In this document: one piece after another, positions 9,599 to 19,193 of the stretch | Position numbering within the stretch: the first letter of the stretch is position 1 | Layout: each line of letters starts with the position of its first letter | Assembly: GCA_040753175.1 (NCBI GenBank) | Contig: JBFMEW010000019.1 | Span: 112,300 to 144,299, forward strand | DNA length: 32,000 nucleotides | Source of the DNA: Acidobacteriota bacterium | GTDB taxonomy: Bacteria > Acidobacteriota > Terriglobia > Versatilivoradales > Versatilivoraceae | Reading direction: 5' to 3' | Notes under the pieces: generated by a model | Databases searched by the model: none | Seen by the model: the letters and a program-made list of their open reading frames with translations, nothing else | Told to the model about the DNA's origin: nothing | Made by a program: the position numbers and the translations under genes

Positions 9599-10222
9599 GC
9601 CAAGTTCGCAGTGTTGTGGCTTTGCTTGCGAAGTAGAGTACCACTCTTTTGTTCCTTTGCCCCACAAAACCCAGGCCCCAGTCTTGAGCATTGCTTTGCC
9701 ACTACGGAACGGTACCGGAATGAGGCGTGACCCAGCCATGAGCCTCCGTTGCCGTGAAATCGAAGCTGGTGGCTCGGCTTCCGTGTATCTGGACTCGGCC
9801 GATAGTGCCGCCGGGAATGGGAACAACGCTATGGAGATTGACCTGCCCCAGCGTTTCGGAGCGCGGACGAGCTTGAGGGCTAGGTGCTCTGGAATCGTGT
9901 CAACAGGGCCTGCCTAAGGGATGGAACCGGCCCTGACTTGGAGTCTTGCCCGTCCAAATGAGCGGGGGAATTGAACCAAGATTGTGGCAAAACACGCAGC
10001 GCCAGGAAAATTTAGCAGGGAGGGAGTTTGCAATCTTACGGCTTGTCAACTCCGGGAGGATGGCGATACAGTACCGGTTGTTGAGATCCCCCGATTTCCA
10101 ACGCTGCCTCCCGGATTGTGCTCCGCTCCCGCTCGGCCACCTATCCGATGATCTCGCACCACTCGCAACGAGACGACTCATACGCAATCATTCGATCAGC
10201 GCATGTTGCATGGAGGTGACCC

Positions 10223-11845
10223 ATGCTGCTGGGCATCGATTTTGGAACCACCCGGACACGCGTCGCCGTCGAAAGCCAAGGGTCCTATTCACTGGTTGAG
10301 TTCAGGGCTAAAGATGGCTTCGACCAGGACTGGTACCCCTCTTTGATCGCCGCCCGCAGAGACGAGGCTTTGTTTGGCCTGGAAGCTCGGGCGGTCCAAT
10401 ATGATGCCGACTGGGAACTCTGCCGTTCGTTCAAGCGGCTGTTGAACGATGGCCATCCACAGTCTGTGCTGAGAATCGGTGGGATCGATCAGACTCTGTT
10501 AGAGTGGTTCACCCAATACCTGCGGACGCTGCGTGAACATTTGCTTCATGATAGCAGCCTGGAAGTCGAGGCCGGGGAGCCCTTGCGGGTGATTGCCGGT
10601 GTCCCCACGAATGCCAACAGCAACCAGCGTTTTCTCACTCTGGAGGGCTTTCGCCGGGCCGGTTTCGAGGTGCTGGGCATGCTGAATGAACCCTCGGCCG
10701 CCGGCATTGAGTTTTCTCACCACTACCAGTCCTCCAGGAGAAGTCATCGAAACAAACACCTGGTTGTCTACGACCTTGGAGGCGGAACGTTCGATGTCTC
10801 GGTGATTCGAATGACCGGCCTCCAGCATGATGTGGTCGGCAGTGAGGGAATTGCCCGGCTCGGAGGAGATGACTTCGACGAACTGCTTCTGGAGCTGGCC
10901 CTGGACCAGCCCACCGTTGATCCGCTCGTGCGAAAGAATCTTCGCCTCGCGGCGGGTGGGATCCTCATCCCCCCCTTTTCGGCGGGCGTTCGTTCGCGAA
11001 TGCTGAATCTCTGTCGCGAGGCCAAGGAAAGCATTGGTCCTGCAACCAGAAGGATCAGCGTCGATTTCAGTCAATTAGGGATCGTGTCGGACCTGGCATT
11101 GGTGCCGATCGACCGATTCTACGAAAAGTGCCAGTCGGTGATTGCGTCCACCATTGAAGCCACCGAATCTGCTTTGAATCGCGCCTTCGGAAACTCAGAA
11201 CCGGGCCAGGACGATGCGGCCCATGTTTATCTGGTGGGCGGTTCCTGTGACCTGCCTGTCTTGGCTCGCGCCCTGAAACAACGCTTCGGAAAGCGAGTCC
11301 GCCGGTCCCCCTATCCCGCCGGGGCCACCGCTACGGGGCTGGTACTGGCTGGGGCCAAAGAGAGCGGAATTGAGATTAAGGAACAATTCAGCCGGTTCTT
11401 CGGAGTCTGGAGAGAAAATGACTCGGGTGCTCAGCTGGCTTTCGATCCCATTTTTGCCAAGAACACGGTGCTGCCGGGTCTCGGGGATCGGCCCCTTGTA
11501 GTCACTCGCCGTTATCGTCCCATGCACAACATCGGACATCTGCGATTCCTGGAGTGCAGCCGGCTGGCAGAAACCGGGCAGCCCCAGGGAGACATCATCT
11601 CCTGGGACGAAGTGTATTTCCCCTACGATCCTGCGCTGATCGAAAACACGGCTCTGCATCTGGTTCCGGTGGAGCGTTGGCCCGGCGCCCAGTCTCACTG
11701 TGTAGAGGAAACCTACCGATGCGACGCGCAGGGCATCATCGAAGTCACCATCGTTAATGCCACCGCCGGATACTCCCGTCAGTACCGGGTCCGACAGACT
11801 CGAGGAGAGGTCGCTAAGCGCAAAACAGCCCACGTCGGTTCGTGA
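10223..11845 (+). CDS. Atypical Hsp70 family ATPase: complete actin-like NBD and a short beta-rich C-terminal domain, with no helical lid and no EEVD
   Basis: GGAGGTGA RBS. NBD motifs MLLGIDFGTTRTRVA (phosphate 1), VVYDLGGGTFDVSVI (phosphate 2) and VYLVGGSCDLPVL (adenosine). The last 170 aa or so are beta-rich and end at RQTRGEVAKRKTAHVGS. Confidence 0.8.
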   Translation: MLLGIDFGTTRTRVAVESQGSYSLVEFRAKDGFDQDWYPSLIAARRDEALFGLEARAVQYDADWELCRSFKRLLNDGHPQSVLRIGGIDQTLLEWFTQYLRTLREHLLHDSSLEVEAGEPLRVIAGVPTNANSNQRFLTLEGFRRAGFEVLGMLNEPSAAGIEFSHHYQSSRRSHRNKHLVVYDLGGGTFDVSVIRMTGLQHDVVGSEGIARLGGDDFDELLLELALDQPTVDPLVRKNLRLAAGGILIPPFSAGVRSRMLNLCREAKESIGPATRRISVDFSQLGIVSDLALVPIDRFYEKCQSVIASTIEATESALNRAFGNSEPGQDDAAHVYLVGGSCDLPVLARALKQRFGKRVRRSPYPAGATATGLVLAGAKESGIEIKEQFSRFFGVWRENDSGAQLAFDPIFAKNTVLPGLGDRPLVVTRRYRPMHNIGHLRFLECSRLAETGQPQGDIISWDEVYFPYDPALIENTALHLVPVERWPGAQSHCVEETYRCDAQGIIEVTIVNATAGYSRQYRVRQTRGEVAKRKTAHVGS

Positions 11846-12023
11846 CGTGAACCAGCAAGGACCGCCCCTGCTCGACCTGTTCCCGATGTTTCGGTCGCAT
11901 CCCTGGCGTCGGTAGAGGTCAGGACGTGTGCAGCCAGGTCCGGGAACTGCGTTCGGATGCGGCCACATGGTGACAACCTTCTACTCCATCCCAACACCAA
12001 GCCGGGCTCCCGGCGACCGGCCG

Positions 12024-13289
12024 CTAGTTCAAAAACTTCTCGATCTCCGTACAAGCCTGGCCAAGACCATCTTCAGCGCGAACTTCATCAGCGACCTTGC
12101 GCGCTTGTCTGGCGTAGTGCGAATTTCCGAGCAGCCTCTTCAGTTCTTCTACCACCTTGGCAGCACGGTATTGGCGCGGGTAGAGAATCCGGGCAACCCC
12201 CAGGTTTTTGACCCGAAAGGCGTTGTCAGGTTGGTCGTGCGCGAAAGGCACGACCAGCATGGGATGTCCTGACTGGAGCGCTTGCGCCGTCGTCCCAACA
12301 CCCCCTTGGTGCACAATGGCCGCCGCTCTGGGAAACAACAGTGAAAACGGCGCTCGACTGGTGATTGCCACTGTTTCAGGAATCGGTTCTCGCGGCCGAT
12401 TCTGATCGTGGTCCCCAATCATCAGAATCGCCCTGCAGCCCAGCCGCCGAACCGCTTCCAGGCTCACCTGGTAGAAATTTCCGGCGGCGCCCACGGCGGA
12501 TGAACCCAGAGTGAAAACAACCGGTGCCGGCCCGGCGTCGAGGAAACGGGTCAGCTCAGGCGTCAGTCCGTCGCCGCTAATGGACCGATCATAGAAAACA
12601 TGTCCGGTCACCCGCACATGGGGCGGCCAGTCGGGCTGAGGCTTGGCCAGCAGGCGTGAAAACAAAGCCAGAGTCAATCGGGACGAGAACTGCCCTTCGA
12701 AGATGGGGTCCTTCCCTGGCGGTAATCCCAGCTCGGTTCGCAAACGCCGCAGTGGGTCCGACCAGCCACGTGTCATTCGCTTGGCCATGCCTGTCAGCCA
12801 TCGGGTGACAGGCAATCCCAGCTTCCTCAAAACGACGGCCTGAGGGAAGACCGGAAACACGGGAAGGTCATGAGCGGAGAAGAAGGAAATGGGCGCCAGC
12901 ACGGTTGAAATCCAACGGAGCTTGAGTTTCTCTGCCACCAGCGGACCGGCAAAGGCTACCGGGTGAGAAATCAGCAAATCGGCTCCATCCGCGACGGTAA
13001 CCAGATCGGCGTAAGAATCGCGAATCGCCGGAAACAGCAGCTCCCGAAGAATCACTTCCGTTCCTCTTTTCGCATCCATCACCCGGCGCAACAACTCGCC
13101 GTTCTGGGGCTCTACGTCGGGGCGCACGGCATGAAACTCGATCTGCTCGCGCTCCACCACGCTGCGGTAGTACTCCGAGGTGGCGATTGTCGTCGCGTAG
13201 CCCCGCTGGCGCAGCCCAAGTGCCAGTCCCATGTAAGGGTTGACGTCTCCAAAGGAGCCGAAGCACGTCATGACGATTCTCTTCTTCAT
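12024..13289 (-). CDS. GT1-family (UDP-glycosyltransferase/MGT-like, GT-B fold) glycosyltransferase
   Basis: MKKRIVMTCFGSFGDVNPYMGLALGLRQRGY matches the N-terminal acceptor-domain pattern. The C-terminal donor motif is HQGGVGTTAQALQSGHPMLVVPFAHDQPDNA. The ATG at 13289 is preferred over the TTG at 13298. Confidence 0.75.
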   Translation of the reverse strand: MKKRIVMTCFGSFGDVNPYMGLALGLRQRGYATTIATSEYYRSVVEREQIEFHAVRPDVEPQNGELLRRVMDAKRGTEVILRELLFPAIRDSYADLVTVADGADLLISHPVAFAGPLVAEKLKLRWISTVLAPISFFSAHDLPVFPVFPQAVVLRKLGLPVTRWLTGMAKRMTRGWSDPLRRLRTELGLPPGKDPIFEGQFSSRLTLALFSRLLAKPQPDWPPHVRVTGHVFYDRSISGDGLTPELTRFLDAGPAPVVFTLGSSAVGAAGNFYQVSLEAVRRLGCRAILMIGDHDQNRPREPIPETVAITSRAPFSLLFPRAAAIVHQGGVGTTAQALQSGHPMLVVPFAHDQPDNAFRVKNLGVARILYPRQYRAAKVVEELKRLLGNSHYARQARKVADEVRAEDGLGQACTEIEKFLN

Positions 13290-13691
13290 CGGTCTCAAGT
13301 CTTCCTCGTTGATTCCTTGCTGGAATTCTCATCCAACGGGTCTGCCCAGAGCTGCCTTAACGTACCGCCAAGCCCAGAAACAGCCACTCGACAAGAGATG
13401 ATACCCCCTCGCGGTTGCCGGGCAAACGCAATCAGCCAAACACATGGAAAGTTGATCCCTCCTCGACTTCACCCGACATGCCTCTGCTGGCCGGGGTCAG
13501 CATCGTAAGATTGTGTTTCAGCGGCGGCGTCATATAATCCGAACCACAACGTTCGTTCAAGAGCAAGAGACGCCGGTGGGGTCGAGAGAGAGGTCTGCGA
13601 AGGCAAAGAAACCCGGTGCTGGGTGGGCCGGCTGAGCCAAATGCTCACGCGGTTGCCGGTCCACCAGAAGTAACTCTCAGGGGGTAGTGGA

Positions 13692-15296
13692 ATGTTTGAC
13701 GTATGTGTGATTGGTTCCGGTCCGGCAGGCGGTGTTCTGGCCAAAGAACTGGCGGAGGCAGGGGCTAAGGTGGCCTTGGTGGAGGCTGGCCGGATCATGA
13801 CTCCAACCGACTTTCGGGGACACGCCTGGCCCTACGAGCTACCAAGACGTGGATTAAACCGCCCGGAGCCCCCTGCTGCTTACCCCTCAGAACATACCCG
13901 AGCCATCCGCTACGAGGACGGCGACGCCATTTCCGCTGACCGCATCCGGGCGGTTGGGGGGCGCAGCATTCATTGGAACGCAGTTTGTCTGCGTTTTGCG
14001 GAACGTGACTTTCGGGAAAAGAGCCGAGAGGGGGCCGAATCGGACTGGCCGTTAAGCTATTCCGACTTGGCGCCGTACTACAGCTACGTCGAGAAGATGA
14101 TCGGGGTCACCGGCTCCCGGGAGAACCTGGAGATCGTTCCAGACGGTGAGTACTTGCCCCCCCTGAAGTTTCGGTGTTCAGAGCACCTCGTCAAGAAAGC
14201 CTGCTCCAAGATGGGGATTCCCATGATTCCGGCCCGCAAAGCCGTCCTCACCGAGCCTTACGACGATCGCCCGCCGTGCCACTACTGCGGACACTGCATG
14301 AAAGGTTGCGATGTGGGTGCCATTTTCTCGGTTCCTGTGGCCATGCTGCCCAAAGCGCAAAAAACGGGGAACTTCACGCTTCTTTCAGAGAGGGTAGCAC
14401 GGGAAATCCTGGTGAACCGGGAAGGCCAAGCCCGGGCCGTCTCCGTGATTGATACCCGCACGCGACGCGAAGAGGAGATTTCAGCCCGGATTTTTGCCGT
14501 CTGTTGCGGGGCCATCGAATCCCCGCGGCTGCTGCTTAACTCACGTTCTCCGCGCTTCCCCAACGGCCTGGCCAACTCCCAGGACGTTGTGGGGCGCTAC
14601 CTCCACGGCCACGTGGTTTGCTCATTCTACGCCTATCTGGAAGAGCTGGCGGGCACCCCGCCGGTCAACAACGACGGCGCTACCGATCATTCCTACATCC
14701 CACGATTCAATTTGAACCAGGCCGCCCACTCTTTTGTGGGGGGATATCATTACCAGCTGCAGTACTCTTCCTTTATGTTTCCCCACCAGGCACGCTTTCT
14801 CAATGGCTTCGGCAGCAGCTTCAAAAGGGAAGTGCGGCACCTGCAGCCGGGATTCTTTCAAATGGGCGGTTTTGGCAAGGTGCTGGCAAGGCCCGAGAAT
14901 CGGGTGACCGTGGACCGCAATCACCTGGATTCCTATGGCATCCCGATTCCCGTGGTGCGCTTTCGATTCAGCGACAACGACAAGGCGCTGTTCCAGGACA
15001 TGAAGGAGAAGGGAAGGGAAATCCTCCATGCGGCCAGGTGTCGGCTGTTGATTGATGCTTCCAGCGCCCCCAGCGGATTTGCCAGCCACGAGGTGGGAAC
15101 CATCCGCATGGGAGACGACCCCCGCACCTCCGTACTAAATGGCCAGTGTCAAGCTCACGAAGTGAGGAATCTGTTTGTCGTGGATGGGAGCACATTCACC
15201 ACGTTCCCCGAGAAAAACCCCACCCTCACCATCATGGCCTTAGCGGTGCGTAGCGCCCGTTACATCACCGAGGAACGGCGCAAAGGCAATTTGTAG
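13692..15296 (+). CDS. GMC-family FAD-dependent oxidoreductase
   Basis: N-terminal FAD fold FDVCVIGSGPAGGVLAKELAEAGAKVALVEAG. C-terminal GMC signature HEVGTIRMGDDPRTSVLNGQCQAHEVRNLFVVDGSTFTTFPEKNPTLTIMALA. Confidence 0.8.
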   Translation: MFDVCVIGSGPAGGVLAKELAEAGAKVALVEAGRIMTPTDFRGHAWPYELPRRGLNRPEPPAAYPSEHTRAIRYEDGDAISADRIRAVGGRSIHWNAVCLRFAERDFREKSREGAESDWPLSYSDLAPYYSYVEKMIGVTGSRENLEIVPDGEYLPPLKFRCSEHLVKKACSKMGIPMIPARKAVLTEPYDDRPPCHYCGHCMKGCDVGAIFSVPVAMLPKAQKTGNFTLLSERVAREILVNREGQARAVSVIDTRTRREEEISARIFAVCCGAIESPRLLLNSRSPRFPNGLANSQDVVGRYLHGHVVCSFYAYLEELAGTPPVNNDGATDHSYIPRFNLNQAAHSFVGGYHYQLQYSSFMFPHQARFLNGFGSSFKREVRHLQPGFFQMGGFGKVLARPENRVTVDRNHLDSYGIPIPVVRFRFSDNDKALFQDMKEKGREILHAARCRLLIDASSAPSGFASHEVGTIRMGDDPRTSVLNGQCQAHEVRNLFVVDGSTFTTFPEKNPTLTIMALAVRSARYITEERRKGNL

Positions 15297-15346
15297 AGCA
15301 CGCCGGTGCAAATGGGGCGAATCAAGGCGTCCCGCAGACCAGGCAA

Positions 15347-16063
15347 TTAACTTGACGGCTTCCTGAACGTGGCGTCATCGATGGGTACGTTGTGCTTGAC
15401 TTCGGAAATGCGCAGGATGACGTCGGAATTGATCTGGCGAATGGTGAAGGGTAGCTTGATTCCATCCACTTCACGGTAGTCTTCATAAAAAGCCCAGACC
15501 TCGATGGGCCCCTGCCAGCTGTTTCCAATATAGTCTCTCTGGACAAGCAAACCGGTGGCCGCATCGAAATAGAGTTTTTCCGGGTTTCCTTCTGTGGGCT
15601 TGGCTTCTACCATCCACGCCTCTTGTCCTTTGACCTTCTCCAGGCCCTTTACCCTCATCTCGGCGTAGAAGTCCCGCAGGCGAATTTCCCGGAAGAAAGC
15701 ACTATTCCGCCTGGCCCAAGACAGCTCTTCCTTGCTCATGTCTCGCACCGGCTCTTCGCCAAACTTGATCCAGCCTGCCGTGCCGTCGAAACCCTCACGG
15801 GAAATTCCGTCCAGTGTGTTGGCCACGATCAGGGAAGAGGCCGGTGCCTTCATGTAAATCTCGACGGGATCAGCGCTGCCCCCTCCAATGTACTCCTGAG
15901 TCCCCTTGACCACTCGGGATGTCAGTTTCTCCCAAGCCGCTTGACCGCCGATGGCCGCCACGTATTTTTCCAAGAGCTCATCGACACCTGGCACTGCCGC
16001 ACTCTGTCCCCAGAGCGGAGCCGCCAGCAAGCAGCTTGTCAGGACCAGCATCGAGATCCTCAT
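15347..16063 (-). CDS. Secreted hypothetical protein, possibly LolA-like or of the outer-membrane lipoprotein-sorting fold family
   Basis: GAGAGGAG RBS then ATG at 16063. Signal peptide MRISMLVLTSCLLAAPLWGQ. The DELLEKYVAAIGGQAAWEKLTS opening resembles LolA-like domains as I remember them. The family call is tentative. Confidence 0.45.
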   Translation of the reverse strand: MRISMLVLTSCLLAAPLWGQSAAVPGVDELLEKYVAAIGGQAAWEKLTSRVVKGTQEYIGGGSADPVEIYMKAPASSLIVANTLDGISREGFDGTAGWIKFGEEPVRDMSKEELSWARRNSAFFREIRLRDFYAEMRVKGLEKVKGQEAWMVEAKPTEGNPEKLYFDAATGLLVQRDYIGNSWQGPIEVWAFYEDYREVDGIKLPFTIRQINSDVILRISEVKHNVPIDDATFRKPSS

Positions 16064-16349
16064 CGGTCGTCTCCTCTCTTGTGCCTCAGACTTCAAAAAC
16101 TGAGGGAAATCATTCTCAAAGGCGGGAACGGAAGTGAACGGCCTGGTTCAGGGATCAAAGAATCTCGACGTGAACCTTCTCCAGACACCCTACGCCACGG
16201 CTGCGGATGAACCAGGTACTGGAAGCATTATAGGCCACTTCGGGTGGAGGAAGACAGGACTGGAATCAAGCGTGACCGCGAGCCAAAAAGTTGGTTTGGG
16301 ATGCTTCTCGAGTTGAACGGACATGCACCCGTTGGCTATAGTGGGGCCC

Positions 16350-17648
16350 ATGAAAAGACTCGGATTGCCATTTCTCTCCGTCATGGTCTTGCTGGTGGCT
16401 GCAGGAGTTCAAGCAGGGAACTGGCCCTCGTGGCGCGGGCCTGACGGATCAGGTGTGACGCCCGAAACCAACCTGCCCTTGCGCTGGAGCGCCACGGAAA
16501 ATGTCCGCTGGAAAGCGACGCTGCCTGATCGCGGCAACTCATCCCCCATCGTCTGGGGCGATCGCGTTTTTCTGACGCAGGCCATCGAGAAAGAGCACCG
16601 TCTGATGGTGATGTGTCTGAATCGGGCGGATGGCAGAATTCTCTGGCAATCCGGGCCGACTCACTTGGAAAAGGCGCCGACACATCCCACCAATCCTTAC
16701 GCTTCGGCCTCGCCCGTCACAGATGGCGAGCGCGTCATTGCCTGGTTTGGTTCCGCGGGCGTTTACTGCTTCGACTACAACGGTAAGGAATTGTGGCATC
16801 GAGACCTGGGCGAACAGAATCACCAGTGGGGCTACGCGGCTTCGCCTCTCATTCATGAGGACTACTGTTTTTTGAACTTCGGGCCGGGGGAACGGACATT
16901 TCTGATTGCGCTGGATAAGAGAACCGGCCGAACCATCTGGAAGGTCGACATACCTTCGGTGCAGCCCAAAGAACGAACGGATGGCTTTGCCGGAGACAGA
17001 AATGGAGTGGTGGGCTCGTGGAGCACGCCGATTGTCGTCGCAGCCAACGGTCGTGCTGAATTGATCATGAGCTTCCCGGAACAAGTGCGTGCCTTCGACC
17101 CCAGGACGGGCAAGGAATTGTGGGTGTGCCAGGGGCTGAACCCGCTGATCTATTCCTCACCGATCTACGGCGAGGGCGTCATTGTGGCGATGGGCGGTTT
17201 CCTCGGCACAACGGTAGCGGTCAAGCCGGGCGGCAACGGTAATGTGACAGACACACATCGCTTGTGGATCCGAGAACGCAACAAGAATCAACTTGGAACC
17301 GGGGTCATTCACAAGGGGTATTTCTACGTTTTGGATACGCCCGGAATTGCCGAGTGCATCGAACTCCGGACGGGCAAGCTGATTTGGCAAGAGCGGGTAA
17401 ACGGCCTTGGTCCGACCAATGAATCATGGTCGTCCATGGTGCTCTCGGGAGACAAGATCTATATCCTCAACCAGTCGGGTGACACGATCATTCTTCGGGC
17501 CAGTCCGCAGTTTGAACTCATCGCGGTGAACTCCATAGGCGCCGAACTCACGAACGCAACCCTGGCAGTATCGGAGGGGCAACTATACATCCGCACCCAT
17601 CAGAACCTCTGGTGCATCGGGAATCCGATATCCCCGTCCCAAAAGTGA
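16350..17648 (+). CDS. PQQ-like (BamB-type) beta-propeller repeat protein, secreted
   Basis: MKRLGLPFLSVMVLLVAAGVQAGNWPSWRGPDGSGV gives a signal peptide plus the GNWP.WRG opening typical of this family. Repeated propeller blades are visible (SSPIVWGDRVFL, ASPVTDGERVIA, SSPIYGEGVIVA, GQLYIRT). An alternative start lies at 16323. Confidence 0.7.
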   Translation: MKRLGLPFLSVMVLLVAAGVQAGNWPSWRGPDGSGVTPETNLPLRWSATENVRWKATLPDRGNSSPIVWGDRVFLTQAIEKEHRLMVMCLNRADGRILWQSGPTHLEKAPTHPTNPYASASPVTDGERVIAWFGSAGVYCFDYNGKELWHRDLGEQNHQWGYAASPLIHEDYCFLNFGPGERTFLIALDKRTGRTIWKVDIPSVQPKERTDGFAGDRNGVVGSWSTPIVVAANGRAELIMSFPEQVRAFDPRTGKELWVCQGLNPLIYSSPIYGEGVIVAMGGFLGTTVAVKPGGNGNVTDTHRLWIRERNKNQLGTGVIHKGYFYVLDTPGIAECIELRTGKLIWQERVNGLGPTNESWSSMVLSGDKIYILNQSGDTIILRASPQFELIAVNSIGAELTNATLAVSEGQLYIRTHQNLWCIGNPISPSQK

Positions 17649-17958
17649 CGACCGTGTCGGAAGAATCACCTGCCTTCCGACACATTTGCCGCTTCTTTTG
17701 TTGACAGCCTCGCCTGACCTTCTCCAGCGCCTTGCTTCAAGAGACTCGAAACTGGCATCTGGTGTTACAATGTGGCAGATTTCCCGACGAGAATCGACTT
17801 CACGGCAAACAGCCTGGGAAGCAGCATCGATTGATGGGCAGTGGCAAGGTGTCTTCCTGGAGCCTCGGCCCGCTCCCCATCCGGCAATCCTCTCCGAAGG
17901 GTTCAGGCCGAACGGCTTGTTGTCACTCGTAACCCAAGAGGAAAAGGAGGCACTGAGG

Positions 17959-18516
17959 ATGGTCAGGATCAGACTGATCGTAACAATGAGCCTATCGCTC
18001 ACAACGGTCTACTGCAACAGCAACCCAAATGCAACAAGTGGCTCCCCCACCCCCGGCTCTTCTCCGGTGGGTCAAGCTACAGCGGCCAAGGCGATCGATC
18101 CCTGTTCTCTACTGACCTCGGAAGAAATCGAGAACATCCTCGGATGGAAGGTGGCCAATGCCGATGCCAAAACCTACGGCACCACTGGAAACTGTACTTA
18201 CACCAGCGCCAATCCCTATGCTGGCAAGATCATGGAGCAAGTGACGACTCTGATCGGCCAAGGCATGCCGGCCATGAGCAGCTCCAACGCCATGGCTCAG
18301 TGGCGTTTGAAGCAGTACGAGGGCAAGTCTTACCAAGATATCGAAAAAACAGTGGAACCGGTGGAAGGCCTCGGCGTACCCGCCATCCGAAATGAAGTGG
18401 CGGGCCTCATAGCCGTTGAAATGGCCGTCGAGGGGCGGCTGATCTCCGTTTCAACTTTCGGATCCATGGACGCTGCCCGGGCACTGGCCGCGAAAGTTCT
18501 GACCCGGGCCAAGTAA
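17959..18516 (+). CDS. Small secreted or lipoprotein-like hypothetical protein
   Basis: AAAGGAGG RBS upstream of the ATG at 17959. MVRIRLIVTMSLSLTTVYC is followed by a Ser/Pro/Gly linker, with an atypical lipobox residue at -1. The 91-codon upstream extension of ORF 17686 has no support. Confidence 0.5.
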   Translation: MVRIRLIVTMSLSLTTVYCNSNPNATSGSPTPGSSPVGQATAAKAIDPCSLLTSEEIENILGWKVANADAKTYGTTGNCTYTSANPYAGKIMEQVTTLIGQGMPAMSSSNAMAQWRLKQYEGKSYQDIEKTVEPVEGLGVPAIRNEVAGLIAVEMAVEGRLISVSTFGSMDAARALAAKVLTRAK

Positions 18517-18602
18517 CTGCCGACCGGTTCGATCATGGGTCCCCAAAGCGACCCTCGCTTCGAAACCGGGAGGAAGGCGGCCTGGTGCTTTCGAATGTGG
18601 AG

Positions 18603-19070
18603 TCAAAGGTTGGGCAGTGGAGCGTCGTGTGGGGAGTCCTCAACCTGCCGGGCGATGGAATCGAAAAAGTGCGAAATGGTCTGTTTCGCGAAGCCTTGTA
18701 CCATTCTTTGGCCCACGCTGGCGATGAGGCCGCCAATCTGAACTTCGCCTGAGTAGAGAACGTTGGTGTTCAATCCGGCGTCCTCCAACCGGATGGCGCC
18801 CTCTCCTCTTACAAAACCGAGGGCTCCATTCCCTTGGATCGCCAACCGGTACTGCGAGGGTGGTTCCTGATCTGAGACCCGCACGCGGCTGGTGAAGGTG
18901 CCTTTGATGGCGCCGATGCCAAACTTCAGGCTGGCCTCGTAGTTGTCATCGCCCAGCGGCTCCATTTTTTCGCATCCCGGGATGCTTTTGGCGATCACGT
19001 GGGGGTCGATCAGGAAATTCCAGACTTTTTGACGTGGCGCACTGATCAGGTGGGTTCCTTCAATTTTCAC
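18603..19070 (-). CDS. CoxG-like SRPBCC-fold protein (carbon monoxide dehydrogenase subunit G family)
   Basis: GTG start with a GGAGAAA RBS. KIEGTHLISAPRQKVWNFLIDPHVIAKSIPGCEKMEPLGDDNYEASLKFGIGAIKGTFTSRV matches the CoxG pattern. Confidence 0.7.
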   Translation of the reverse strand: MKIEGTHLISAPRQKVWNFLIDPHVIAKSIPGCEKMEPLGDDNYEASLKFGIGAIKGTFTSRVRVSDQEPPSQYRLAIQGNGALGFVRGEGAIRLEDAGLNTNVLYSGEVQIGGLIASVGQRMVQGFAKQTISHFFDSIARQVEDSPHDAPLPNL

Positions 19071-19193
19071 GAGGTATTTCTCCGCAGGAGAGGATAGGCC
19101 GGTCCGGCAGGCTCAAAGGGGAGCTTGAAATGCGAGGGGGCCACTTCAAACGACCGTGTGGCCCACGAGTGATTGCCCTTTGGGTGCACTGGC

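Noticed and set aside
9519-9917. A 132-aa plus-strand ORF and a 123-aa minus-strand ORF (9455..9826) inside the long intergenic region
   Set aside because: Neither has an RBS or a recognisable motif, they overlap each other, and their Cys/Ser/Arg-rich composition looks non-coding. A real small protein cannot be fully excluded without conservation data.
9955-9985. A GGTTCAATTCC-like string on the minus strand resembling a tRNA T-arm
   Set aside because: The flanking bases cannot form the 5-bp T-stem (CTTGG against CCCCC), and no acceptor or anticodon arms could be drawn. It is not a tRNA or a tmRNA end.
10499-11968. Minus-strand ORFs of 191 aa and 257 aa antisense to the Hsp70-like gene
   Set aside because: Shadow ORFs. 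The plus frame carries all the Hsp70 NBD motifs, and the antisense products are Arg/Gly/Pro-rich with no features.
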